A program made the translations under genes and the position numbers. Positions 12,130 to 24,464 of a stretch of 64,000 nucleotides of DNA are shown here, piece by piece; the stretch's first letter is position 1; each line of letters starts with the position of its first letter. Source of the stretch: Carcharhinus longimanus (lineage: Eukaryota). The notes beneath the pieces are model-generated. The model saw only the letters and a list, made by a program, of their open reading frames with translations. It ran no database searches and had not been told where the DNA came from. The stretch lies in NCBI GenBank assembly GCA_030264375.1, contig JASCQW010000043.1, positions 67,290,954-67,354,953 on the forward strand, read 5' to 3'.

Positions 12130-12640
12130 AACCCTATTTGTTACCAATTCAAAAACTTGATCAATTCACTCAGGCACAATTTTCCCTTAAAGTTGCATGT
12201 TGACAGCCTTGATTGATCTGTCTTTCTGAATGGCAATTTATATGTCCTTCAGAAGTCTTTCCAAAGATTCTGCCAGCACATCAAGTTGACTGGCCTGAAT
12301 TACTCAGCCTTTGCTGCCTTCTTAAACAGCTGCACATTATTTGCAGTCCTCTGGCATCAAGCTTGTGGCAGAAAGGATTAGAAAATGATGGTCAGAACAT
12401 CCACTATTTCTTACTTTGCTTCTCTAAGCAGCCTGGGATACTTTTCATCAGGGCCTGGTAATTTTCCTACTTTCCAAGACTCTTAATATTTCCTCCCTCA
12501 CTAAGTTATCCTATCCAATATTTCATATTTAACTTGAACTGCAATGTTTGCATCAACCCCCTTTGTGAAGGCAAAGACAAAGTATTAATTAAAAGCCATG
12601 CCCATATTATGTATTTCCACACACATGTTCTATTCTGGAC
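12130..12640 (-). mobile_element. Decayed CR1 ORF2 fragments
   Basis: Antisense RT-region remnants, e.g. AAGTTGACTGGCCTGAATTAC corresponding to N.RPVNL. Confidence 0.55.
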
Positions 12641-12647
12641 CACAAGC

Positions 12648-12831
12648 TGTTATGTATTTAAAGCAGTTGCATCTCTTTTGGTATAACTTCAGTGATCTGT
12701 AGTGAATAGATCATGGGCTTTTGTGGCTCTCCCATCTTAGACCTGGAGCTAGCAACATTTTCTTAATAAACCTACATCACGTTTTACTACAATCCACTCA
12801 TTACTTTTCTCTTTGAGGTAACTACATAACA
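12648..12831 (+). repeat. 5' LTR of Gypsy element
   Basis: 184 bp bounded by perfect 9-bp inverted termini TGTTATGTA / TACATAACA, with internal AATAAA, upstream of gag remnants. Confidence 0.7.
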
Positions 12832-15510
12832 AAGAAGAAGAAATTGTTGACAAGAGCCGGAGAACTGTTTTCAACAAGATTGAAGGAAAATGGAACCCAG
12901 CACTTGGTATTGAAAAGTCAAAGGCAAGGAAAATAACTTCTCAAGGAAGAGTTCCAGGAAAAGAAAGTGTGGCAATGGAAACTGTAGCATTGTTGGCTAA
13001 GGTACTCTCTCTCTTGCATTGTGAGAAGATGAGGGGAAAATCTGAAGAAAGTATAAAATAAGGGAGCCAATCCAAAATGGTGGGAAAAGGTAGAACCACG
13101 GATATGTTTGATGAAGTTGGAACTCATACAAAGAAAGATTTCAATATTATCACCAAACAAATCAAGTACTGGATGACCTAAAGGTTGCACAACTTCTCAG
13201 TTCAGTAGGATGCAAAACTTGCACATTACTGCAATGTTTAGTCCATCCAGCAAAACCGGGATTTAAAACCTATGACGAACTGGTGAAAGTCTTAGAGGAG
13301 CATTTTTCACTTAGATCACTCATGTTGCAGAAAGATTTAGGTTCCTTTGCGAAAGCCAGGAGAAAGGTGAAAAGATTTCACAGTTTGTGGTGACCTTATG
13401 AAGGCTAGCTAAATGTTGTGAATTTGGTGCAATGCTTGATGACACTCTTTGCAATAGATTGGTGTGTGAACTCCAGAATGAAGCTATACAGGAAAAGCTG
13501 CCTACAGGAAAAACTGCCTACAGGAAAAACACTAACCTTGAAATAAACAGTGGCCATTGCAATGCCAAAGGAGTTGGCTGCTAAAGCAGCTCTGGAGTCA
13601 GGGTAAATGTCCACAAGATGGAGACTACCAAAACTAAATCTGCATAACAATAGACATGTCCCTGATGAGCACAGGTTGAACACTCAGCAGGGAAATGCAG
13701 GAGTATGGCAAAACAACTGCAAAAATTGTGACAAAAAAAAGGCTTTGCTGCCAACCGCAGACTCCCCCTACAACAAAAATGTGTAAGGCAAAGAAAATAT
13801 CCAAATTTGCAGAAAAAAATCTACCAGATGGCAGGCATGAGGAAGATGCCTTAGAAGAGAATGTTCCCAAACAAGTTCAAACGTTGACACTAAGAATTCT
13901 GTTGGTACATGGCAATTCATGCTTTTTTTGGATATTCCCAAAACCTGATAGTAAACAAACCAAAATGGAAATGAATATTGTGGTTGGGGTATCATTGCTA
14001 TCTGAGACAATCTATAATTAGAAGTTAAAGCATTTACTATTGAAACCATCAAATGTAATCTTAAGGACGTACACAGAGGAGGTCTTACCATTAAAAATAC
14101 ATTAATGTAAAAGTGAATGGCCTGAACAGCCACAATACAGGATACTCATACACTGGTCCAATGAAGGGACACATGTTCTGCATATTGGTAGATGCACATT
14201 TTAAGTATTCTAACTGGCCTGAAAGTAATGATCATGAAATTCATAACAGTAGAACAAACTATCGAAAAGTTGGATGAAATATTTGCTAGACTTGATAGCC
14301 CTGAGCATACAGTAAGTGACAACAGGACCCAGCTTACTTCAAAGGAATTCAAAGACTTATTGAAAGGAACTGGTATTATGAGGATGGNNNNNNNNNNNNN
14401 NNNNNNNNNNNATCCAAAGAAAACAAAACTTAAGATTTTGGATTGAAAACTCAAAGGCAAGGAGAAGAATCTCTGGTGCACTACAACTGGTTTAGAAAGT
14501 AACAGAAACCACGAATAAGCAAGAAATAAAGGTTAAACTTGCTCAATAAAGTGGGTAAACTTCCAAACTACGGAGACCATGCGCGTGGCAAAGTGAAACA
14601 GGCTGCAGGAACGGGGACTCAAAGAAAACGTCTGTGAGCTCTTAAAGAGAAGTTACTACTTCTTTCTACTTAGAAGAAAGGAAAAGATCCAGGAAAAGAG
14701 AAAGTGGGGCAATGTCACTCCTGTGACAACAGTAAGTGACAATAGGACACAATTTACTTAAAAGGAGTTTGAAGACTACTTAAAAGGAACTGGTAGTCAA
14801 CATATCAAGTAAGATCAATACCATCCAGCAGCAAATGGATTTGCTGAGCAATTCATACAGGTCACTAAAACACTCACTGAAGGCATTCAAAGGACCAAGG
14901 ACACTGTCATAAATAAATATGTAAATAAATTATTGTTATCCTATAGGAACACTACACATGCAACCAAACAGCATTCACCAGCGATAATGCTTTTAAAAAG
15001 GAAGCTTAGAACAAAAATTTGGTCTTTTGATACCACCTGACGCTTCAGAAATTGTCTAACGACAACAATAAGCACAGATTGCTAGAAGAGAACAAAATTC
15101 AGAGGAGGGTATTTACTGAAGGAGAATGAGTACTAGCAAGAAGCTACACTGCCAATGAAAAATGGGTCCTGTCATTATCCTAGCAAAAACAAGTCAAACA
15201 TAGATGGATGATGGAAGAATTTGGTGATGTCATACTGACCAGATACTAGCCTCAAGAAGTGAAATCACTGAAGCTTCACCAGAAATATTTGTAACATAAA
15301 TGTTAAAGAGTGACACATCAAAACAGAGACTAACCACACAGACAAATTCAGATGCTGTTTCTGAAGAATCTTCAACACTGATGGAAATGGATACTAAAAT
15401 AGTTTCATATAAAGAATTACCAACAGACGAAAAAGACACTTCAAAGTCAAGTCGGCAAGTTCCAGAGCAACCCAAAAGAAATAGATGCTCACCTGAATCT
15501 TGTCTTATTA
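12832..15510 (+). mobile_element. Gypsy/Ty3 internal region, degenerate (gag, protease, integrase; RT and RNase H deleted)
   Basis: gag AERFRF..LAKCCEFGAMLDDTLCNRLVC; protease-like MEMNIVVGVSLLSETIY; integrase TIEKLDEIFARL..VSDNRTQLTSKEF, YHPAANGFAEQ, LLSYRNTTH. Confidence 0.85.
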
Positions 15511-15569
15511 ATTGTGTATATACATGGGAATTAATGGTGCAAAGTAATGTATTTATTGTTTGCAGAAGC

Positions 15570-15965
15570 AATGTGACAGCAATGTGCAACATCTACATGA
15601 TACACTTCAACAAATCACGAAGGCTCCTTTGACAACTCCTTCCAATCTCATAACAACTACCATGTAGAAGGACAAGGCCACAGATGCATGGGAACACCAC
15701 CACCTGCAAGCTCCCCTCCAAGCCACACACGACCCTGACTTGGAACTATATCAATGTTCCTTCACTGTCGTTGGGTCAAAATCCTAGAACTCCCTCCCAA
15801 CAGCACTGTGGGTCGTTTACCTACACCACGTGGATTACAGCAGATCAAGGTGCTGCTCACTACCACCTTCAAGGGCAATTAAGGATGGACAAATATGCGT
15901 AGATGAGACATGATAAATAAACATAACTGCTGGCCCAGCCAGCCACTCCCATGAAAGAATAAAAG
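15570..15965 (+). mobile_element. 3' end of CR1/Jockey-superfamily LINE
   Basis: GATGCATGGGAACACCACCACCTGCAAG...AAGGGCAATTAAGGATGG; reverse-complement match to 36815-37245. Confidence 0.8.
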
Positions 15966-16061
15966 AGATGCCCTGCATCTCTCTCCACCTATCTTTTTGG
16001 AACTTATGGGTTATGGGTTTTGAAATGAATTTTAAGCAAACAGCCTTCTGGCTCTGAGAAA

Positions 16062-16554
16062 AGGAAAGATATGTATTTATACAGCACCTTTCATCACCAC
16101 AGGACCACAGAACATCCCAAAGCATTTTATAGCCAATGAAATATTTTTGAAACATGGTCACTGTTGTAATGAAGCAAACCTAGCAGATATTTTACACACA
16201 ACAAACTTAGATNNNNNNNNNNNNNNNNNNNNNNNNNNNNNNNNNNNNNNNNNNNNNNNNNNNNNNNNNNNNNNNNNNNNNNNNNNNNNNNNNNNNNNNN
16301 NNNNNNNNNNNNGACCAGATAATCTGCTTTTTACTTATATTACTTGAGGGATAAATATTGACCGAGACATCAGTGCTGATACCCCTGTGCTTCTTCAAAA
16401 TAGTGCCATGGTAAATTCATCATCTACCTGAGAAGGCAGTGTCTTGGTTTAATATCTCCTCAAAAACGCAGCACCTCTGGCAGTATAGTACTCCCTCTGT
16501 AATCTATTGGATTATCAGCCTTAATTTTGTGCTCAAATTCTGGAGTAGAACTTG
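16062..16554 (-). mobile_element. Deu-domain SINE (SacSINE1-like) with L2-type tail
   Basis: Antisense Deu-domain GGGATAAATATTG..CTTCTTCAAAATAGTGCCATGG..CAGCACCTC; tail TGTATTTATACAGCACCTTTCA. Confidence 0.8.
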
Positions 16555-17514
16555 CTGTATATGGGAATAGAGTGCCTCATTGTCTATGGAGTTGAACTGA
16601 ACAATGTGCAAACATCCCCACTTCTGATCTTGAAATGTTTGGAAGGTCAGTGGTGAAAAAGCTAAAGATCATCAAAACTGTCCTGTGGAATGCCTGGGGC
16701 TGAGATGATTGGCCTCCAATAGATACAATTTTCCTCAGTGCTAGGAATTACTTGAGCCAAGGGGGGCATTTTCCCCTTGAATTTCATTGACTTTATATTA
16801 TTGGAGTTCTTTGATGCCACAGTGGTCAAATTATGTGTTAATGTCAGGTAGTCTGAAATTCAGCTCTTTGGCCCATATTTGCACTAAAGCTGTAATAATC
16901 TCTGGAATGGAAGAGTCTCTGTAGAACCCAAACTAGGCACCAGTGAGCAGGTTAGTTATTAATCAGTAAATTCAGCTTGATTGCAGTCTTAGCAACACTT
17001 TCCAACACTTTTCTGATGAAGCAGCAATTGGCTGGATTGGATTTGTCCCCTTGCTTTTTGTGAACAGGATATCCTGGACAATTTTCAATATTATTTGGAA
17101 GATGTCAGTATTGTAGTTGTACTGAAACAACTTGGCTAAGGATGCAGCTAGTTCTGGAGTTCAAACCTACAGTACGTAGCCAAGATGTTGCCAGAGCCTT
17201 TGCTATATTCATTGACTTTAGCCATTTCTCTCATATGGAGTAAATGGAATTGGCTGAAAACTGACACCCATGATGCTGGGGACCTCAGGAGGAGGAGTGG
17301 ATAGATAATCCACTCAAAAATTCTGTAAGATGTTGTAAATGTAGCCTTCTGCACTAACATGCCTGGTTTCATCATCATTGAGGATAGCGATATGCACAGA
17401 GTTTCAATCTCTCATTACTTGTTGCATTTCCCACTGCCATTAATAATTCTATCTGGCAGGACTGAGGAGCTTTGGTCTAATTGTTTGGTTGTGTGACTGC
17501 TTAGCTGTCCATAG

Positions 17515-17763
17515 CTGCTTTCACTGTTTAACTTTAATTATTTATAAAAATAGTCATTTCTTGGTACAGAACTTGCGTATTGCTGAAAAAGGCATTTTGT
17601 CAAAGCTTTTTGTCTTGCACTCGTGGAATTAAAGAATGCCGTCAGTGAGAAGAGGCCATTCAGACCATCGAGTCTGAACCGACTCTCTGAGGAACTTGCT
17701 GGGCCATGAGTTACAGACACTGGTTGAATATAATTCTGCTTTTGATGGCCCTGATCAACTAAT
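17515..17763 (+). repeat. Left arm of ~250 bp inverted repeat
   Basis: Manual alignment to the reverse complement of 19497-19746 gives 33 mismatches and 1 gap. Confidence 0.95.
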
Positions 17764-17896
17764 ATATGCCCAGTTCTGAGCTACCTGAATCTGCTCTGAA
17801 TCCATCCCCTTTAGCACAGTGCTAGTACCATACAATATGTTGGATGGTATCCTCAGTGCGAAGATAGGGCTTTATCTCTGAAAGAACACAACCAAT

Positions 17897-18242
17897 ATCA
17901 TAGAAATCATTGAAACCCTACAGTGCAGAAAGAGGCCATTCAGCCCATCGAGTCTGCACCAACCAAGATCCCTCCCAGGCCCTATCCCCACATCCCTACA
18001 TATTTTACCCATTAATCCCTCTAACCTACACATCTCAGGACACTAAGGGGCAATTTTAGCATGGCCAATCAAGCTAACCCGCACATCTTTGGACCGTGGG
18101 AGGAAACCGGAGCACCTGGAGGAAACCCATGCAGACACAAGGAGAATATGCAAACTCCACACAGACAGTGACCCGAGCCGGGAATCAAACCCAGGTCCCT
18201 GGAGCTGTGAAGCAGCAGTGCTGACCACTGTGCTACCGTGTC
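17897..18242 (-). mobile_element. Full-length HE1 SINE
   Basis: Complete antisense head, V-domain and CR1-type tail; inserted into the LINE. Confidence 0.92.
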
Positions 18243-19496
18243 AAGGACAGATGCATTTGCAACAGGTGGTAAGAATGAGGTCAAGTAGGCATCTCCTTCC
18301 TGTTTTTTCTCTCACAATGTGCTGCAGGCCCAATCTGGCAGCTATACCCTCAGGACTTGATCAGTAGTAGCGCTGCTGAGCCATCCTTAGTGATGAATAT
18401 TGAAATCCCCTACAGAGTATCCCAAGAGTTTCTTCTAAGCAATGTTCAGTATGGAGGAACAATGACATATCAGCTGAGAGAACACATTAGCTGATAATCA
18501 ACAGGAGATTTCCTTGCCCATGTTTGGCCTGATGTTTGATCTCAAAGGTATGGAAGTTGAATGTTGAGGACTTCCACAGTCACTCCCTCCTGACAGTATA
18601 TTACCATGCTGTCACCTCTGGTGGGTCTGTCCTACCAGAAGGAAAGGGCATAACCAGGAATACTGATACGAGGGTCTGAAACATTGGATATTAGGTATGA
18701 CTCGATGATTATGACATTTCAAGCTTTAGCTTGATTAGTCTACAGCATAGCTCTCCCAAGTTTGGCACAAGCCCCCAGATGTTGATAAGGAGGTGTTTGC
18801 AGATGCATGGGGTGTACCTTTGGCATTTTTAATTGTTGCTGGGTGGTCTATGTGGTTTTATCCTCCTTTGGTTTTTCTGTAGCGGTTTGATACAACTAGC
18901 TTATGTCAGAGGACAATTGAGTCAACCTTATTGCTGTGGGTCTGGAGACATGTGTAGGCTGGACCATGTTAGGATGACAGATTTCGTTCCCTAAAGGACA
19001 TTAGTGATCCTGGTGGACTTTTACGACAATCCTGTAGTTTCATGATCACCCTTATGAAATTAACTTCGCCATTTACAGAGTAAGCCTCTGGATTACTGGT
19101 TCAGTAACATTATCACTGCTGATATTCCTGATATTAATTTCAAGGAATCAATGCAATCTTTTCTTTTATCTGTCTCAGAGCCCTGTTGAACTGTTATCTA
19201 TTAAGGGTGATTTCCCACAGGATGGCTTAACAATCTGTCCCTCCAAAGTTGCACCACCCTAGATGAAGCTTCAGGTGGAAGTAACAAATTGATCAAGGAC
19301 AGTAACCTTCATTTTCTAACACTCCTCCCATCAAAATTACTATTTACCTCCAAAAACCTCCAACATTAGCAGATCCTAGACCCTTTCCATTTATTAGATC
19401 CCACAACCGTCTGTTTAATCATCCCAGATACTCGGCCACCTCAGATCTGCTACATTTCAATCAGCATCAGCCACATGAAAATACAGCAAAACTCCC

Positions 19497-19746
19497 ATTA
19501 AGTGATTTGGGCCATCAAAAGCAGAATTATTGTCAACCAGAATCTGTAAACTCATGGCCCAGCATATTCCTCAGAGAATTGGCTCAGACTCGATGATCTG
19601 AATGGCCTCTTCTCACCGTAGGGATTCTTTGATTCCATGAATGGAAGGCATAAAGCTTTGACAAAATGCCTTTTTCAGCTATACTCAAGTTTTGTACCAC
19701 CAAACGCCTATTTTTATAACTAATTAATGTTAAACAGTGAAAGCAG
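19497..19746 (-). repeat. Right arm of ~250 bp inverted repeat
   Basis: Reverse complement is ~86% identical to 17515-17763. Confidence 0.95.
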
Positions 19747-20842
19747 TAAAAAAAATTGATTTATTCAAATTATCATAGAATTATTGGCTTTAATATATTG
19801 GGGTTTACCAAACAAAGAATAATATATCCCTTAATCCACCATCACAAAACATCAATTAATACATAATGCAACTACAAAATGAAAATACTTAATAGGGAAA
19901 TAATTGTTACTTTATTTTCTCCTCAAAATTCATGCTGCACAATTACAAATCAGTTCAAACAGCCTGTTGGTGTGTAATTTATTGCACTGACCATACTGGA
20001 TAAACAGGACATGAAAAAAATTGATTATACCTTTAGGGGACATCTTTGGGAAGAATATTTCAAACACTTTCATACTGTAAGCAGCATCTTAGGCCTGAAT
20101 CATGGTTCTTTAACACGTTAGTACATTTAATGCATTAGAACATATGGAACTATAATTCAAACTTATTTGCTGCACCCTAAAACATGCAAAAATGAATGCA
20201 CAAAACATGTACCACAATCTACTTTTCCTCAAGTCTAAAAGGTAACATGGTAATATGTAAATACTCCTATGAATTGGAAGGTTTCCACAATATCTTCTAA
20301 TGTTGTATGTACATTGACTGTGCTTTACATAAATGTAAAATAGCAGCCAGATACTCAGAAGTGAATTACAGGTGCATGTAGTACCCACGGATCAAACTAT
20401 ATGTCATTTTTGAAGGCACTAGAGGCTAAACCCAAAAGTTATCCAAAAATGTTAACTTATTCTTGATATTTCATTATTACTCGCAGCACATTTTCTTCCA
20501 CAGTGGGGCATGACATGAAGAGAAATGGATTACAACAATGAGAGAAAATATCAGTAATGAAGAAAAAATTATAAACAATGTTATGTTAGAATTGCAAGAA
20601 CAAGACAATAATCTGCATATGCTGACATTGTAACAAAGCACAAAAATGTTAAAAAATAACATACCTTGTTTCTTTTTATCCCATTTGAAATTAAACAAAA
20701 CAATGACAGCTCTTATTTCAGTGATCCACGTTAGACAGTGTCCTGACTATGAAATTATAATATGAGGGTCAGGTAACAATAATGCAATTTGAAATGAATT
20801 ACTCATAACAATAATACTCATAATATACCAGGGATAACTTAC

Positions 20843-20920
20843 GACCCATCTCCACCTACCCTGTGGACCTACAAGTTTGAGTGGACTGCCGAGATTAGGA
20901 ATGGGGGAAGAATAAACATT
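20843..20920 (-). CDS. Candidate internal coding exon, 78 nt, phase 0-0 (NVYSSPIPNLGSPLKLVGPQGRWRWV); gene unidentified
   Basis: Strong acceptor ttttgttttctttatttctcag and consensus donor GTC|gtaagt; single open frame; ~50% GC island in AT-rich TE-free DNA. An alternative donor CAGG|gtaggt lies inside. Confidence 0.55.
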
Positions 20921-21211
20921 CTGAGAAATAAAGAAAACAAAATAGCCAAGTTGTTTTATAGCCTATAATTTCAGGATTTTAACAAATAGAACTGCAACTC
21001 CTGACAGAAAGGTAGCCTAATCTAAACTATTTTTAGGATAATAAATAATTCTTGTATCTTTATTAAATAATGCACATACGTCTCTATATCAGTGATCAGT
21101 CCAAATGCTTTATACTTCTTAATTAAAAAGGCAGAAACATATATCATATAAAAGACTAACACATCAAGAGCACAATTATCCCATCCCGCAATGCTACTTG
21201 ACCAGTGAGGC

Positions 21212-22017
21212 GAGGTAGAAAATTTCAGCTGGATGCAAAAAATTGGATTTGTGCCTGGCATGTGGCATGTGGTAATTCTCCCGGGCCAGTTTTTGGATGT
21301 AATAAGGCTGATTTAAATATTCAGCAGCGCATTTTAATATGTTTAGCGAGCTTTGGACGGTATTGTCCAGGATCATTTGGTTTTCCAACCTCACCAGTGG
21401 AGAGCCACACCAGAAGGAATCATGGTGGTCCCCAACAATGGGGACACGGTGGCCTCACTAGTGGGACTAGAGGCCATTGAGGTCCCCCGGGAGGTTGGGG
21501 GGGGCAGTGCCACTGGCATTGCCAGCTTATGGCCCACAGGGCAGGGGGAGTTCAGTGCTGGGGATTATGGGGGCAGGGGCGCGATCAGAAGGTGACCATG
21601 TTTGGGGGGGGAGGGGTGGGGAGCAGCCATTCCCATGGTGGGGGAGTGGGGGAGAGGCATNNNNNNNNNNNNNNNNNNNNNNNNNNNNNNNNNNNNNNNN
21701 NNNNNNNNNNNNNNNNNNNNNNNNNNNNNNNNNNNNNNNNNNNNNNNNNNNNNNNNNNNNGCAAGAATGTCAATCAATCACCTGGTATAGTAGGAGATCG
21801 GGCGCATGCACGATGGCTCCCCCAGCACTCTGCTGCCATCCTCTCTGGTGGGTTTAGTCTCTGCCTCCCTTCCCCCACTGACGTGAATCTCCTGACAGCC
21901 TCCACATTGCACAATGCCATAAATAACCAAGACACAGTTCGACAAAAAAAAGGCATGAAAGTCTCCTGTTTCCCCGCCTGTTGGCCACTTAGAATTATTT
22001 TGAGACAATTGCCTCCC
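21212..22017. mobile_element. MITE-like element with G-rich core (contains gap)
   Basis: Architecture like 5494-6576; degenerate termini. Confidence 0.45.
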
Positions 22018-22751
22018 AATTAGAAGTTGGTAAATATTTCTAATTTAATAATTTTATTCATTGATTAAAGATGCCAGTTAATTGATCTTGACTAACATGC
22101 TGCAGATAATAATGATTTTAATGGTTACTGTGTAAATAAATAGGAAATGCATTATATTAACACTGTATAGCAAATTTATTAAAAAATTTTTTCTAAATAG
22201 ACTGGATTACTTTACAAGAGAATTATCATTTCACACAAATTTTAGTTTCCAAAGAAAAAAGACTTTCATTTACATGGTTGATCTTTAAAATTTTATTTAC
22301 AATAATATATTTCAAATAATCAAGTAATAGTATTCAGCTAATTAATGAGATATATTGAAAGCATCAAAGGCCTAACTGAAAAGCAACGTTCTTGGGAAAA
22401 GGCAGAAAGTTTGTTTTTTTGGTTCAAATTTAGAAGACCTAACAGAAGAAAGGAAGCATTTCTATAGAATAAATATTTTTTTAGTGGATAAATGAACAAA
22501 ATAAATCAAATGAATCAATGACTTATAAAAGCCAACAATGAAATTGCTACAAAAACTATAAATAATGCAAGCCAAGCTTTTTTCTTTACTCTGCACACTC
22601 ACTGCTGTTCATCAGGGAACCAATTAAATGTATTGAAAATTTAGAACCTGGCCATAAGGAAAAGAAGTTGGTCACTGCAGTGCTTGCTCAATGCATTTAA
22701 TGTTGCCCCCTTCAGATGAACCTGGATTTTATTGGGCATACTGGTTTAAGT

Positions 22752-23260
22752 GCCAGCCTTGACGCAGTGACAGCACTTTCATTCCTGACTCAAAAGTTGT
22801 GGGTTCATGCCTCACTCCACAGATTTAAGCACATAGTTCAGTGCTGTGCTAAGGGAGTGCTACAGTGTAGTGAGGTACTATCTTTTGAATGAGGTTGTAA
22901 AGAATCCTGTGTGACCCCCCCCCCTCTCCTCCCACATTGGATGAGTAAGGAACTTCTCCCCAGTGCCTTTGCCCATATCCCTGAACAAATGATCTGGGCC
23001 GGAACTCTCCAGTCACATTTGCCCTTCCAACAAGGATGGAGGATTAGTTGGTCAGCCAAATTTCCATTCACAGCAGCGGGACTGGAGAATCTCATCCACA
23101 GGCGAAGTCAGAGAATTCCAGCCCTGGTCTTTTATCTGTTGATGTTGTGGGACCTTGCTGCACTTGTCTAGTGCTTGTAATTCAAATTACTTCATAGGCC
23201 ATGAAGTACTGTGGGACTTATCAAAAACGTAAAATCTGCTACATACATGTAAACCTGTTC
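22752..23260 (+). mobile_element. Deu-domain SINE (SacSINE1-like) interrupted by a small MITE
   Basis: tRNA-like head with GTTGTGGGTTCATG, AGGGAGTGCTACAGTGTAG, and L2-like tail after 23125. Confidence 0.65.
22996..23124. mobile_element. Small MITE (129 bp)
   Basis: 14-bp TIRs GGGCCGGAACTCTC / GAGAATTCCAGCCC with 2 mismatches. Confidence 0.7.
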
Positions 23261-23354
23261 ACTTGCCCAACCATAAGTTTTGTGGCAAGCAATCTATAGT
23301 TTTGTATATATTTTTTAAAACGTTCAGTGCAATTTTTGTGTCAGCAAGCACAGA

Positions 23355-23843
23355 AACAAGCATAGTACTCCAGGTGTGGTTTCATCAAAGCCCTGTGTAG
23401 CTGTAACAAGACTTCTTTATTCTTGCACTCCCAATCCCCTCTTCTCAACTGCTTGTTGTGCCTGTTTGCTAACTTTGTGTTTCTTGCATAAGACCTGAGT
23501 CTTTCTGCAGTAATTTTTAGAAGTTTCGTGCTTCTTAAAAATTATTCTGATTTTCTGTCTTGCTACCAAAGTAACCCTTACCATATTATATTCCATCTGC
23601 CTTCTTGTTGTCCAATTACTTAACCTGCCTATACCTTTTTCCAACCACTTTGTGTCCACATTCCAACTTGTCAGCACACTTAGGTATATTACTCTTAGTT
23701 TCTTCATCTAAAGTCATTAATACAGATTTTAAATAGTTTAAGACTCAGCGCTGATCCCTGCAGCACTCCTCTAGTTACACCCAGTCAATTTGAAAATGCC
23801 ATTTTATCCTTTCCTGCTTTTTGCCTATCAATCAAATCTCTAT
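23355..23843 (-). mobile_element. CR1 RT fragment
   Basis: ORF 23417-23707 has RLSNWTTRRQMEYN; antisense GVLQGSALS motif at 23740-23775. Confidence 0.75.
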
Positions 23844-24464
23844 NNNNNNNNNNNNNNNNNNNNNNNNNNNNNNNNNNNNNNNNNNNNNNNNNNNNNNNNN
23901 NNNNNNNNNNNNNNNNNNNNNNNNNNNNNNNNNNNNNNNNNNNNNNNNNNNNNNNNNNNNNNNNNNNNNNNNNNNNNNNNNNNNNNNNNNNNNNNNNNNN
24001 NNNNNNNNNNNNNNNNNNNNNNNNNNNNNNNNNNNNNNNNNNNNNNNNNNNNNNNNNNNNNNNNNNNNNNNNNNNNNNNNNNNNNNNNNNNNNNNNNNNN
24101 NNNNNNNNNNNNNNNNNNNNNNNNNNNNNNNNNNNNNNNNNNNNNNNNNNNNNNNNNNNNNNNNNNNNNNNNNNNNNNNNNNNNNNNNNNNNNNNNNNNN
24201 NNNNNNNNNNNNNNNNNNNNNNNNNNNNNNNNNNNNNNNNNNNNNNNNNNNNNNNNNNNNNNNNNNNNNNNNNNNNNNNNNNNNNNNNNNNNNNNNNNNN
24301 NNNNNNNNNNNNNNNNNNNNNNNNNNNNNNNNNNNNNNNNNNNNNNNNNNNNNNNNNNNNNNNNNNNNNNNNNNNNNNNNNNNNNNNNNNNNNNNNNNNN
24401 NNNNNNNNNNNNNNNNNNNNNNNNNNNNNNNNNNNNNNNNNNNNNNNNNNNNNNNNNNNNNNNG

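Larger units (their letters stand above)
16555..19120 (-). mobile_element. CR1/Jockey-superfamily LINE, 5' end through RT, decayed and interrupted
   Basis: Minus-strand remnants WGLVPNLGEL, DRPTRGD, GDFNIHH, PELAASLAKLFQYNYNT, DKSNPA; interrupted by HE1 and the mosaic repeat arm. Confidence 0.85.

Noticed and set aside
20031-20123. Minus-strand TACTAAC, AG sites and AAG|gtataa donor
   Set aside because: No polypyrimidine tract; most acceptor choices give stops; the remaining frame does not fit the neighbouring candidate exons.
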